Shown here: in pieces, positions 20,346-29,997 of the stretch
Numbering within the stretch: position 1 is the first letter of the stretch
How the letters are laid out: every line of letters starts with the position of its first letter
Origin: Bacteroidota bacterium
Lineage (GTDB): Bacteria > Bacteroidota > Bacteroidia > Bacteroidales > VadinHA17
Direction of reading: 5' to 3'
Assembly (NCBI GenBank): GCA_051748705.1
Contig: JBNJHQ010000004.1
Coordinates: 1 to 37,209, forward strand
Length of the DNA: 37,209 nucleotides
Notes under the pieces: generated by a model
Databases searched by the model: none
What the model saw: only the letters and a program-made list of their open reading frames with translations
What the model was told of the DNA's origin: nothing
Program-made: the position numbers and the translations under genes

Positions 20346-21164
20346 ATGACTTTTGGGAGAAATACGGAAAAGGTGTCACATACAGTTGACAAAGGGAAAC
20401 CAGGTGAAAAATCTCATATTCAGCAAAACGATATGCTTACTACTCCATCCATACTGACAGGATTGTCTCATGAAGTGCGAACATACATGAACTCGATTGT
20501 TGCATTCACTTTCCTGAGCAATAATGATAACTGCACGGATGAACAGAGGAATGAGTACAACAGGCATATCATGAAATCATGCGACCAGTTAATCACATTA
20601 TTTGACAATTTCCTTGATTCAGCACTGATCGATTCCGACATCCCAAGATCCACATATACAAAGTGCAAGCTTAATACCTTACTGGAAGATCTTCTAGATG
20701 ATATAAATAGTTCCATCAGCAGGTTTGATAAAAAGAAGGTTACACTACTGCTGGATGAGAGATCCGGAGGTGACTCATTATATATTGATAAGGAGAAAAT
20801 TAATCGGGTTTTAAAAAATCTCTTTTTCAATGCTTTTGAGAACACTGACGCGGGTTATATCAGGATGGGTTACAGGAAACAAAAAAACAGGGTTGATTTT
20901 TACATCATTGATTCGGGTAATGGTTACACAAAGAATCAACAACTGCTTGCCTGTGACAATTTTGAGGAGGAACTGGTGCAAAGCCAGAATACTTTTAACA
21001 CTGTTTCATTCATACTATCTCGCAAGCTTATCGAGAGTATGAATGGTGAATTATGGATACGACCCAATGGCGTTCACGGAACTGCTATGTATTTCTCGGT
21101 TCCCGAACCCAGGGTAATGAAAGAAGGAACATCTGAACATATTTCATCCAGAATCGCAATCTGA
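20346..21164 (+). CDS. Sensor-less, degenerate histidine kinase-like protein (HisKA + HATPase-like); start uncertain
   Basis: H-box LSHEVRTYMN, N-box LKNLFFNAFENT, G1 IIDSGNG, G3-like GVHGTAMYFSVP; G2 box GxGLGL is absent; no TM or sensor domain. Confidence 0.75.
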   Translation: MTFGRNTEKVSHTVDKGKPGEKSHIQQNDMLTTPSILTGLSHEVRTYMNSIVAFTFLSNNDNCTDEQRNEYNRHIMKSCDQLITLFDNFLDSALIDSDIPRSTYTKCKLNTLLEDLLDDINSSISRFDKKKVTLLLDERSGGDSLYIDKEKINRVLKNLFFNAFENTDAGYIRMGYRKQKNRVDFYIIDSGNGYTKNQQLLACDNFEEELVQSQNTFNTVSFILSRKLIESMNGELWIRPNGVHGTAMYFSVPEPRVMKEGTSEHISSRIAI

Positions 21165-21219
21165 TAATTATCAGAATTCTTTCTCACCTGTTTTTCAATG
21201 TCTGCCAAGAAAATGGGTA

Positions 21220-21256
21220 AAAGGGCACCTTTAAAGAAGGTGCTCTTTCTTTTTTT
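21220..21256 (+). terminator. Intrinsic terminator closing the peptide / anti-sigma / HK unit, possibly bidirectional
   Basis: AAAGGGCACCTT-TAAAG-AAGGTGCTCTTT forms a 12-bp stem with one G-U pair, followed by CTTTTTTT; it lies between convergent genes. Confidence 0.8.
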
Positions 21257-23235
21257 CATTCTGCAATTTTAAGTATCCGTATTTCAGTCCTCCTGTTCCG
21301 ACGCATACTCTCCTCGCTGTCGTTATCATTAAGAGGCATTTCCTCACCATATCCCTTATACCGGAGACGGTCAGCGCTTATACCCTTATCAATAAGATAG
21401 TCCCTGACAACAAGTGCCCTTTTTTCCGAAAGAACAATGTTGTGCTCATCACTGCCCGTAGAATCAGTATGCCCGCCTATCTCAACAGTCAGCCCGGGAT
21501 TGGCTTTTAGCAGATTGAACAGCTTTTCCAGTTCAGGCATTGACTCTTCCCTTAGCTCCCATGAATCAAAAGAGAAGAACACATTATGCAGGTTCATTTG
21601 CTCACCAACCATAATGGGACTTAATAATATGGTTTTTTGATAAGGCTCAAGCGAGCTATGCTCACCTTCAAGCATGAAATTCTCAGAATAGAAAAGATAG
21701 CCTTCGCTGCTTACATTGATACCATAGTTATGTCCAGTAGGCAGGCAAACGAGGAAATCACCCCGTTGATCTGTGTGCGATTGAATTACTGTTCTTTTTG
21801 TGCTCAGGTTTATCAACTCATAGCTGGCTTTAAGTTGTCTTCCCGTTTTCTTGTCCATTACCCTGCCTTTAAGATAGGAAACTGGATCGGGCCGGAGTGC
21901 TTCAGGCATTTCAAAAAAATAAAGATCCCTGCCTTTGAGGGGATTGATCCTGGAAGAAAAATATGCAAGCTTACCCGAGGAAGAAATTATCATCCCTATC
22001 TCATCGGTCTGGGTATTTATCGGGTAGCCAAGATTCTCAGGTTCTGTCCATGTACTGTCGGGCTTCATCCGCGACATAAATATATCAAATCCTCCCATGC
22101 ATGGACGGCCATTGGAAGAAAAGTAAAGTGTTTTACCATCAAAATGAATAAAAGGAGACATCTCATCTCCAGGGGTGTTAATTACATTTCCCAGATTAAG
22201 GGGCTCTGACCAGCGGCCATCCTTAACCTGCCTGCTTACCCATATATCCATTCCCCCGTATCCTCCGGGCCTGTTACTTACAAAGAAGAGCATGGAGCCG
22301 TCGGCGGAAAGTGATGGTTGTGATTCCCAGTACCTGGTGTTGACCGGCCCTCCAATATTTATCCCTTTCTTCCACCCGCTTTCAGATCTGGCTGAATAAT
22401 AAATATCACAGCCTCCCTTACCATCTTCCCGGTTACAGGCTGTGAAATACATATAATTACCGGATGCTTCCAGCGTTTGTGCACCCTCGTTGAATACAGT
22501 ATTCAGTGGTGCTCCGGCATTCCTGGCCTCAGTCCACTCACCTTCAATATTGTAACTGTAATAAAAATCTTCCTGCATGCCGCTGCCCATATTATTCCGG
22601 CTGCGTGAACTTTTCTGCCTGGTAAAAAGTAACATATTATTATCCGCTGTTATAGCCGGCCAGTATTCATCATCAGCAGTATTAATTGCATCACCCATGT
22701 TCACCGGGTTAAAATCTACAGGGTTCAATATTGCCTCCAGTGCAAACTCACAATCCATTAAATATTTCCTTGCCTTTCCTGCATTAACTGAATTTTCACC
22801 TCCCAGTTGCAGGTATAATTCAAATTTGCTTTTTGCATCCGAATAATTCCCTAACAGGAAATGTACCTCCCCGTATTCATACCATGCCGGCACAAAAAAT
22901 ACTGAATCAATACGCATAGCCTGCCGGTATGCATACGCAGATTGCTCATAATCAAGTATGTCCTTTGATAACTCGGCCAGGAGAATATAAGCTTCAATAA
23001 AGCCGGGATCAATCTCAACTGCTTCACGAAGATGCTGTTCAGCTGACCTGTAATCCAGGAAAGAATAAGCTTCCCTGCCAAAGTTATATGCTTTCAATGC
23101 CTTGTTTGACCTGGTATGAAGCTCCTGTGACATCAGGTTATGTGGCTGGATAATAAGTAATCCCAGGAATAAGACCCTAAGAAAGCATCTTAAGGTATAC
23201 CCATGAATTTGTGACTTTGTAATGATATTGACCAT
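21256..23235 (-). CDS. PorE-like protein: TPR + PD40/WD40 propeller + carboxypeptidase-regulatory-like + OmpA peptidoglycan-binding domain
   Basis: TPR N-terminus; PD40 repeats (SQPSLSADGSMLFFVSNRPGGYGGMDIW); OmpA motifs GGHTDSTGS, LSEKRA and NRRTEI. Start is uncertain because it overlaps queE by 46 nt. Confidence 0.88.
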   Translation of the reverse strand: MVNIITKSQIHGYTLRCFLRVLFLGLLIIQPHNLMSQELHTRSNKALKAYNFGREAYSFLDYRSAEQHLREAVEIDPGFIEAYILLAELSKDILDYEQSAYAYRQAMRIDSVFFVPAWYEYGEVHFLLGNYSDAKSKFELYLQLGGENSVNAGKARKYLMDCEFALEAILNPVDFNPVNMGDAINTADDEYWPAITADNNMLLFTRQKSSRSRNNMGSGMQEDFYYSYNIEGEWTEARNAGAPLNTVFNEGAQTLEASGNYMYFTACNREDGKGGCDIYYSARSESGWKKGINIGGPVNTRYWESQPSLSADGSMLFFVSNRPGGYGGMDIWVSRQVKDGRWSEPLNLGNVINTPGDEMSPFIHFDGKTLYFSSNGRPCMGGFDIFMSRMKPDSTWTEPENLGYPINTQTDEIGMIISSSGKLAYFSSRINPLKGRDLYFFEMPEALRPDPVSYLKGRVMDKKTGRQLKASYELINLSTKRTVIQSHTDQRGDFLVCLPTGHNYGINVSSEGYLFYSENFMLEGEHSSLEPYQKTILLSPIMVGEQMNLHNVFFSFDSWELREESMPELEKLFNLLKANPGLTVEIGGHTDSTGSDEHNIVLSEKRALVVRDYLIDKGISADRLRYKGYGEEMPLNDNDSEESMRRNRRTEIRILKIAE

Positions 23236-23813
23236 CCAGTATGCTTTTTAACGTATTCAACCACTTGAGGCATTATCTTCTTATAGCTGCTCCATTCGGG
23301 CTGAAGGTACAATTTACATACAGGGTTTACTTTTTCCCTGTATTTTTCAGCCCAGTTAAAATCATCCTCACTTTCAATTATTACCTTCAATTCTCCTGCC
23401 AGACTGCAAATATCTCCGGTTGGTGGAAGATTTTTTTTCGGAGAAAGGCATATCCAGTCCCATATACCTGTCAATTCATGAGAACCTGAAGTTTCCAGAT
23501 ATGTTTTTATATTCAATGCTTTTAACTCCCTGCAGAGGGGGTCCAGGTTATACATCAATGGTTCACCACCTGTTATAACAACTGAATCAGCACCTGAATC
23601 CCTTACAGCATAAATAATTGAATTTATATGGGTCATCTCCCATTGGGCGGGATCCCAGGCAAATTTCGTATCGCACCAGCTGCACCCTACATCACAACCA
23701 CCGATGCGTAAAAAAAATGCAGCCTTACCGGTATGGAAGCCTTCCCCCTGTATTGAATAGAACTGTTCAACCAGTGGAAGATAAATACCTGTATCCTTTG
23801 ATTCACTACTCAT
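23190..23813 (-). CDS. queE: 7-carboxy-7-deazaguanine synthase (radical SAM)
   Basis: FYSIQGEG, CDVGCSWCD (CxxxCxxC), VITGGEP, ETSG, CLSPK, LQPEW, SLQSHK. Confidence 0.92.
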   Translation of the reverse strand: MSSESKDTGIYLPLVEQFYSIQGEGFHTGKAAFFLRIGGCDVGCSWCDTKFAWDPAQWEMTHINSIIYAVRDSGADSVVITGGEPLMYNLDPLCRELKALNIKTYLETSGSHELTGIWDWICLSPKKNLPPTGDICSLAGELKVIIESEDDFNWAEKYREKVNPVCKLYLQPEWSSYKKIMPQVVEYVKKHTGWSISLQSHKFMGIP

Positions 23814-23819
23814 TATGTT

Positions 23820-24689
23820 CTATTCTATATCTGCCAGCCTGATCCTGTATATCGCCTGGGGAACTGAACTTTTCTCCGAGGCAAGGTAAATATAATCTCC
23901 TTTAACAAAAACTGATTCCACCTGTGTGGATCCTAATTCAGGCAATACATACCTGGTATATTCCCCGGAGAAACCCGGTTCACCGCTCACTGTAAAATGC
24001 AAAAGATAAGTTTCTTTTTTATGGTAACCACATAGAAACAGCGAATTACCGCCGGTATAATAATATGCACCCGTAACCAGGAAACCCGCATTAAATGAAT
24101 CTGCAGGAGATAGGTAATTATAAGTATTTTCCCTGACATGGTACATCCTGGTTATCATGTCCTTCCTGTTTTTAGAAAACAAAAATATCCCCCCCGATGT
24201 AACCGTCATGGCCTCACAATCCCATTCATTTTCACTTTTGGGGGTCGCTTCTTTCTCCTGTGCAAGATATTCCATCCCGGTAACCGCTACAGGGGGTTCA
24301 GGGTAATCCAGACTATCAACTTTTATCCTGTAGATGGCAAGATCTGTTCTTAGTCCCCTGTTATTTCCAAAATCACCTATATATAAATAACCCTGATACA
24401 CTGAAAGTTCCTCCCAGTCCCTGTTCCTAAGGTTTCGAAACCTGTATTTTTCTTTTAACTCACCTGTCTCCGGATCAAGCTTAAAAATATAAGCACCGTT
24501 CCCTCCGTCATTAAGTGCATAGATATAATTATCATAATAGCACATTCCTGATATTTCGGCAAGCAGGGGACTAATAAAAAAATAAGAATCCAGATTAAGA
24601 ATCCTGTCATCCTGTGACTGCAGCCTGGTATTTACTGACAGCAGGAATATTAAATACATGAATGGCAGACATATAGCTCTTGTTCTCAT
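23820..24689 (-). CDS. Secreted hypothetical protein, probable beta-propeller
   Basis: Signal peptide; motifs EISG, NDGGN, DWEEL..YIGDFGNN and DCEAM recur in a Bacteroidota secreted family of unknown function. Confidence 0.6.
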   Translation of the reverse strand: MRTRAICLPFMYLIFLLSVNTRLQSQDDRILNLDSYFFISPLLAEISGMCYYDNYIYALNDGGNGAYIFKLDPETGELKEKYRFRNLRNRDWEELSVYQGYLYIGDFGNNRGLRTDLAIYRIKVDSLDYPEPPVAVTGMEYLAQEKEATPKSENEWDCEAMTVTSGGIFLFSKNRKDMITRMYHVRENTYNYLSPADSFNAGFLVTGAYYYTGGNSLFLCGYHKKETYLLHFTVSGEPGFSGEYTRYVLPELGSTQVESVFVKGDYIYLASEKSSVPQAIYRIRLADIE

Positions 24690-24695
24690 CTCCTG

Positions 24696-25814
24696 CTAGC
24701 GAACCCCGAGGACTTCTTTTATTTTCCTGGAATAATCCGTATTATCAAAGAAACCTGTAAAATTCTCAGCACCCGGACCAAAGGCAAAAACAGGGACTAT
24801 AACCCCTGTGTGGCCTCTTGTTGCAAAGCTGGCTTTCACTGACTTATCTTCCAGGTTACCGCCGGGGAGTGCCATACCGCCTGTCTCATGATCAGCTGTA
24901 ACAATAACCAGGGTATTCTTGGCAAGTTTTGCAAATTGCAGTGCCACACCTACGGCCAGGTCAAAATCAAATGTTTCTTCCAGAATATACTGGGGATCAT
25001 TAGCATGGCCCCCCCAGTCGATCTGGGAACCTTCAACCATAAGAAAAAAACCATTGGGGTTTTTCACAAGTACTTCAATTGCTACATTGGTAGCTTCAGC
25101 CAGTGCATAATCCCTTCCGTCTGAGTATCTTGACATATGCCCCTCTGAAAGTAAGCCCGCCACCTTATCAGAATTAACCTGCTTAAGATCCTTCATTGTA
25201 TAAACAACCTCATAACCATCATTCTCAAGGACTTTAACAAGATCACGCTGATCTCTGCGCTGAACAAAATTGTCCTTACCACCTCCGATAAATACTTCAG
25301 GCTGGTTTCTGACATAATCAAGGGCAATACCTTCATAATCATTCCTGCTAATATTATGAGCAACAAAGGATGCAGGTGTAGCATGAGTAACAGCACTGGT
25401 GCTTACCACACCGTAAGCCATCTTTTTTTTGTCTCTCAACTCTTCAGTTATGAGCTTTACATCGGTACTGTCAGGCCCTTTGCCGATCATCCCATTTCGT
25501 GTTTTCTTTCCTGAAGAAATTGCTGTACCGCTGGCAGCTGAATCGGTAATATAATTATCATAGGACTGTGTTGTGGCAAAACCAATATGCCTGGTGGTGG
25601 TCATATTGAGGGCATTCCCGCTGATGGTCATTGCACCTGACACCTGGCTTATCCCCATACCATCACCAATCAGCAATATTACATTTTTCGGTTTTGTTGA
25701 GCCACTTGCAAATTCATACTGATTTCTGACTGCGCATGAAGAAACGGCAAAGCCGGTGACAACCAACAAAATTGTCAATACCAGCCTGCTTATTATTTTT
25801 TTATTATTCATCAT
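24696..25814 (-). CDS. Alkaline phosphatase, lipoprotein (likely start ATG 25814 or 25811 rather than 25874)
   Basis: NVILLIGDGMG, active-site TDSAASGTA, THATPASF, MVEGSQIDWGGHAND, TADHETGG; lipobox AVSSC; start overlaps the upstream gene's end. Confidence 0.93.
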   Translation of the reverse strand: MMNNKKIISRLVLTILLVVTGFAVSSCAVRNQYEFASGSTKPKNVILLIGDGMGISQVSGAMTISGNALNMTTTRHIGFATTQSYDNYITDSAASGTAISSGKKTRNGMIGKGPDSTDVKLITEELRDKKKMAYGVVSTSAVTHATPASFVAHNISRNDYEGIALDYVRNQPEVFIGGGKDNFVQRRDQRDLVKVLENDGYEVVYTMKDLKQVNSDKVAGLLSEGHMSRYSDGRDYALAEATNVAIEVLVKNPNGFFLMVEGSQIDWGGHANDPQYILEETFDFDLAVGVALQFAKLAKNTLVIVTADHETGGMALPGGNLEDKSVKASFATRGHTGVIVPVFAFGPGAENFTGFFDNTDYSRKIKEVLGVR

Positions 25815-27546
25815 TGGTAGTTTCTTTAAAAAGTTTCTCATATTCCCTGGTTTTGGATAATGCAATCCACTCACCGGGTATAATATACCAGTTACTGTCT
25901 GTTTCGATTACCGGATCTTCATTTTCCTCAAACCATTTAATCATATAATAGCGCAGGTCTTTATCGGTAGATTCCAGAAGCCTGCTGTCGAGCTCATCAT
26001 TTTCAAGGGAGCAGGCATGTTCCAGGTGCCCCCCTCCCCCGCTTCCCCGGTACGAATTCAGGGCCACCCTGTATTTTTTATCGGCTTCAAAAGGTCTCCC
26101 GTCCGAGAAAGCCCTGATATTTATTTTGTTGCCATCGGGCTTACTAACATCAACAGTATAATCAATTCCTGCCGCCGAATCGAAGTTATAGGTCCTGTTA
26201 CTAAAAGTGTAAGCCCTGTCGGTGACTTCTGTTTTGAAAAGATTATCACCCGGGCCTGTCATTGTATCAAACCATTGAGCATAAGAATATTCAAGGTAAC
26301 GGTCAATCTCATCACCTTTCATTTCCATGGTATAAAGCATGTTTTCATAGCGGTAAAGGTCAAACATATCCGACACGGTAACCTGGCCTTCTTCGAGTGT
26401 AACATCATAGGACAATGGTGCTGCAAAAGATATATCAGCCCCGCTTATCTGCAGCTGCACTCTGTGGATCAGGTCCATGAATCCCGAATCACCGAAATAT
26501 GCTTCCCTTGTAGTGATCCTTTTATCTAAATGGCCGATCGTACGGCTTACATAGTCCTTGATAAGCCCGTACTCTTCATCAAAATGTTCCATGAAACTGC
26601 CGCTTGCTTCCTGGCTGTTCATGTTAAGCAGTTCTCCGCTTATGGATACAATTCTCTTTTTTCTTTTTCCTTCAAGGACAAGTTCTGCAACTCCGAGATA
26701 GCCTGCCCGGCTTCCTGCATCGAGTATCAGGACTGAATCACCGGCTTCACTGATAACAAATTCATTCAGGGTGTCATGATCATGACCTATAATAACTATA
26801 TCAAAGCCTTCCACTTTTTTTGCCACCGCCAGCGAAGCATTATTATTCATATAAGAACCTTCCTCACCCTCATAGCTTTCATCCCACCCGGCATGAAATA
26901 AGCCGACTACCAGGTCAGGGTTCTCTTTTTCAATTTCCGGCATCCACTTTTCAGCCGTTTCAACCATATCCCTGAATTCTATCCCTTCATACAATATGCC
27001 GGGCAGCCAGCCGGGCACTCCGGGTGTTATCAGACCCATAACCGCTACTTTCAGACCACCTTTTTCAATAATGGTATAAGGTGTAAAATAAGGATTCCCT
27101 GTTCCTTCCACTACAGCATTGGCCGCAAGTAAGGGAAAATCATACTCATCTCTTATCCTGTCATATACCTGGTGACCTGCCTCTATATCATGATTCCCGA
27201 CAGTGGCAGCATCGTAGTCCAGGTAGTTCAAAACCCTTGCCCACAGGTGCACTGATGAAGTATCAACAAAATTATAGTAATAAACGGCAGGACTGCCCTG
27301 GAGATTATCCCCATTATCGAGCAATATATATTCGTCACGTTCAAAATTTTCAATATATGAAGCTATGTTGGCCATTGAAGAATAACTTTTGCGGCCGGTA
27401 AGCGGATCAGTATCGAATATTGCCCCATGCACATCGGTCGATGCAAAAATGTATATTACAGATTCCTCTTCCTGCTCATTGCATGACACAAAAGAAATAC
27501 TAAGAGCAACGATTAACAGAGCCTGTATTGTCAATAATTTATTCAT
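25804..27546 (-). CDS. Bifunctional metallophosphoesterase / 5'-nucleotidase (CpdB-like), lipoprotein
   Basis: TDVHG, DNGDNLQG, GNHDIE, HAG, GHDH, YRYENML, NSYRGSGGG; lipobox SFVSC. Confidence 0.92.
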   Translation of the reverse strand: MNKLLTIQALLIVALSISFVSCNEQEEESVIYIFASTDVHGAIFDTDPLTGRKSYSSMANIASYIENFERDEYILLDNGDNLQGSPAVYYYNFVDTSSVHLWARVLNYLDYDAATVGNHDIEAGHQVYDRIRDEYDFPLLAANAVVEGTGNPYFTPYTIIEKGGLKVAVMGLITPGVPGWLPGILYEGIEFRDMVETAEKWMPEIEKENPDLVVGLFHAGWDESYEGEEGSYMNNNASLAVAKKVEGFDIVIIGHDHDTLNEFVISEAGDSVLILDAGSRAGYLGVAELVLEGKRKKRIVSISGELLNMNSQEASGSFMEHFDEEYGLIKDYVSRTIGHLDKRITTREAYFGDSGFMDLIHRVQLQISGADISFAAPLSYDVTLEEGQVTVSDMFDLYRYENMLYTMEMKGDEIDRYLEYSYAQWFDTMTGPGDNLFKTEVTDRAYTFSNRTYNFDSAAGIDYTVDVSKPDGNKINIRAFSDGRPFEADKKYRVALNSYRGSGGGGHLEHACSLENDELDSRLLESTDKDLRYYMIKWFEENEDPVIETDSNWYIIPGEWIALSKTREYEKLFKETTNDE

Positions 27547-27556
27547 CCTGAATCTG

Positions 27557-27564
27557 CAAATTTA
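27557..27564 (-). promoter_or_regulatory. Primary-sigma -7 element for the nucleotidase / phosphatase operon
   Basis: TAAATTTG on the minus strand, 10 nt before the ATG at 27546. Confidence 0.5.
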
Positions 27565-27727
27565 ACTTCATTTAATTAATTAATGAACATTTTATACTTA
27601 TTTTGCCATCAAGCTGTCAACAATCTGAAAAAATCTCATTGAATATGATGACAGAGAAAGCATACATATTTCATATAATTAACATTCTTCGGTAATTATT
27701 TGTTTATTTGAAGCTTCTAAAATAGTT

Positions 27728-28903
27728 ATGTATATGGTTAAAACAGGCCTTGATAAGTACTCGAAAAGAATCTTTCCTTTCATTAGAAATAAAAAAGTCG
27801 CTGTGCTTTGTCATGCTCCAAGCATTAACAGCAGCTACAGACATATTCTGGATATTATTATGGAAAGCGATTCGGTTCAGTTATCAGCCATTTACGGCCC
27901 ACAGCACGGGCTGTTTGGTCAGACACAGGATAATATGATAGAATGGGAAGGTTATACCGATCCTAAATACCAGGTCCCTGTTTACAGTCTTTACGGGAAG
28001 ACACGCAAACCCACTGACAGGATGATGGCTGACACCGAAGTATTTTTGGTTGACCTGCAGGATGTTGGCAGCAGGCCATATACCTATGTGTGGACTGTAA
28101 AAAATTGCATGGAAATATGTGCCGAAAAAAATATTCCGGTGGTACTGATCGACAGGCCCAATCCGCTGGGTGGGAAAAAAAGGGACGGTGCTATTCTCAG
28201 CAGGAACTACTACACATTTGTGGGAGGGGCATCCGTTCCGCTGTGTCATGGCATGACCATGGGTGAATTAGCCTTATGGATGAATGACAAAGAAAATATC
28301 AACTGCAGCTTAAGCGTAATTAAAATGGAAGGATGGAACAGAGCGATGACCTGGCAGGATACAGGTCTGCCCTGGGTGCTGCCATCACCCAACATGCCCT
28401 CAGTCAATACAGCAATGGTGTACCCGGGGATGGTACTCATTGAAGCACTCAACATTTCTGAGGGCCGGGGTACAACCCTGCCATTCGAACTAATTGGTGC
28501 CCCATTCATTGATATTGATAAAATAATAAATGAACTAAGCAAGATGAAAATTCCCGGCTGTGCTTTCAGGTTGCATAACTTCATCCCGACTTTCCATAAA
28601 TTTACCGACGAATACTGCAATGGAATGCAGATTCACATCACTGACCACAATCTGTACGAACCTGTATATACAGCTGCCTGTATTTTTAAAAAGATTAAGG
28701 ATGTATCAGGCAACCTGGAATTTAAGGATCCACCCTATGAATACGAGGAGGAGTTAATGCCCTTTGATATACTATCCGGTGATAATAGTCTTAGAATGAC
28801 CATTTCTGACAATGGCTCACTTAATCACCTGAGGGAAAGATGGAGAAATGATATAAAGCAATTCAACAGGGAATTTAAAGAATTTTCGCTTTACGAATCA
28901 TAA
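27728..28903 (+). CDS. DUF1343 / NamZ-family exo-beta-N-acetylmuramidase
   Basis: YGPQHG, YSLYG, DLQDVGSRPYTY, DRPNPLGG, HGMTMGELA, WVLPSPNMP, SEGRGTTLPFE. Confidence 0.9.
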   Translation: MYMVKTGLDKYSKRIFPFIRNKKVAVLCHAPSINSSYRHILDIIMESDSVQLSAIYGPQHGLFGQTQDNMIEWEGYTDPKYQVPVYSLYGKTRKPTDRMMADTEVFLVDLQDVGSRPYTYVWTVKNCMEICAEKNIPVVLIDRPNPLGGKKRDGAILSRNYYTFVGGASVPLCHGMTMGELALWMNDKENINCSLSVIKMEGWNRAMTWQDTGLPWVLPSPNMPSVNTAMVYPGMVLIEALNISEGRGTTLPFELIGAPFIDIDKIINELSKMKIPGCAFRLHNFIPTFHKFTDEYCNGMQIHITDHNLYEPVYTAACIFKKIKDVSGNLEFKDPPYEYEEELMPFDILSGDNSLRMTISDNGSLNHLRERWRNDIKQFNREFKEFSLYES

Positions 28904-28905
28904 TA

Positions 28906-29997
28906 TTATAATGATTTAACTGCATCTAGTTCAATCTCAAAAAGCAAATCATCCCTGCATACTGTGCCACCAACAGTAAGAACGCATGAAGTGTCTATTC
29001 CCCTTGACATGCAATAATCTCTGAAGTGTTTTATATGCTGTGTATCCGGGAAGTATGCAATAGCGCGTACAATATTATCCCAATGGTATTGCTCATTAAC
29101 CAGAATAGCCTCCACCACCACCATTGAATGCTCTATCTGATCGACGACGCTATTTTCATAGAGTGTCTTCCCTTTCCCGTCAATTGAAGCCGTACCACTA
29201 ATGATCAGTCTTTTTGATGTTTTGAAGCTGATTTCCACCGCCCTGCTGAACGAGCTTTTGTATTTTATTGCATCACCCTGCATCGGGGAATCAATAATTC
29301 TAACCTTCTCCTTTCCATCTTTTGCCTTAAGTGCAAAGGCACTGATCAAAAGACATTTACCTTCAACATTGTCAAGGCCGATCCCGGTGCTGGCAGGAAT
29401 AAGGCCGTCGAGTATCTTCTCTTCAATAAAAAAGTCATTCCTGGCCCTGTTTAAATCACTATACCAACTCAGTATATCATGAAGATAAAGCCATGTGCGA
29501 GCAAGATTACTATAGTTGACAGCATATTCTTTAAGTATTTTGCCAAGTATTTTAAATGAAGAGTAAGCCTGACTGTAGCAATCATTCAGATGATCAGACT
29601 GTATGTTGCTTATGAAATAAAGTAAAGAATCATAATGACTGACAGTTTTAATACTGGCACTATCCTTATTTCTTATTGATTTAACATCCCTGCTATCAGT
29701 ACATATTAATTGAATATGGCAGCCTGATGAAACATTATGCCTCAGGAATATTATACCACCTGGTTCATCTGATAATTGATCAATTATCGGGGCTTCAAAG
29801 CCAAAGGCAAAACCAATTAATACCTGCAGTACATTATTCGTCAGATAAGCAGATAAATTTTTCATTGCCAGACAAATATCCTTATCCGGATGCACTGAGT
29901 AATTAATATAAAAAAATGAATGATCAGGGTATTCCTCCCGTACGGAAATCAAATCATTTTTGTCAGATACGGAAGCAGTATTCTTGCTAATTTTCAT
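28906..29997 (-). CDS. Rid/YjgF-fold (chorismatase-like, tandem domain) protein
   Basis: ARTWLYLHDIL, PASTGIG, SSFSRA, ISGTASID, VCRDDLLFEIE. Confidence 0.75.
   Translation of the reverse strand: MKISKNTASVSDKNDLISVREEYPDHSFFYINYSVHPDKDICLAMKNLSAYLTNNVLQVLIGFAFGFEAPIIDQLSDEPGGIIFLRHNVSSGCHIQLICTDSRDVKSIRNKDSASIKTVSHYDSLLYFISNIQSDHLNDCYSQAYSSFKILGKILKEYAVNYSNLARTWLYLHDILSWYSDLNRARNDFFIEEKILDGLIPASTGIGLDNVEGKCLLISAFALKAKDGKEKVRIIDSPMQGDAIKYKSSFSRAVEISFKTSKRLIISGTASIDGKGKTLYENSVVDQIEHSMVVVEAILVNEQYHWDNIVRAIAYFPDTQHIKHFRDYCMSRGIDTSCVLTVGGTVCRDDLLFEIELDAVKSL

Noticed and set aside
25815-25874. Upstream extension of the alkaline phosphatase ORF
   Set aside because: It lies inside the nucleotidase gene; the lipoprotein signal begins at MMNNKK.
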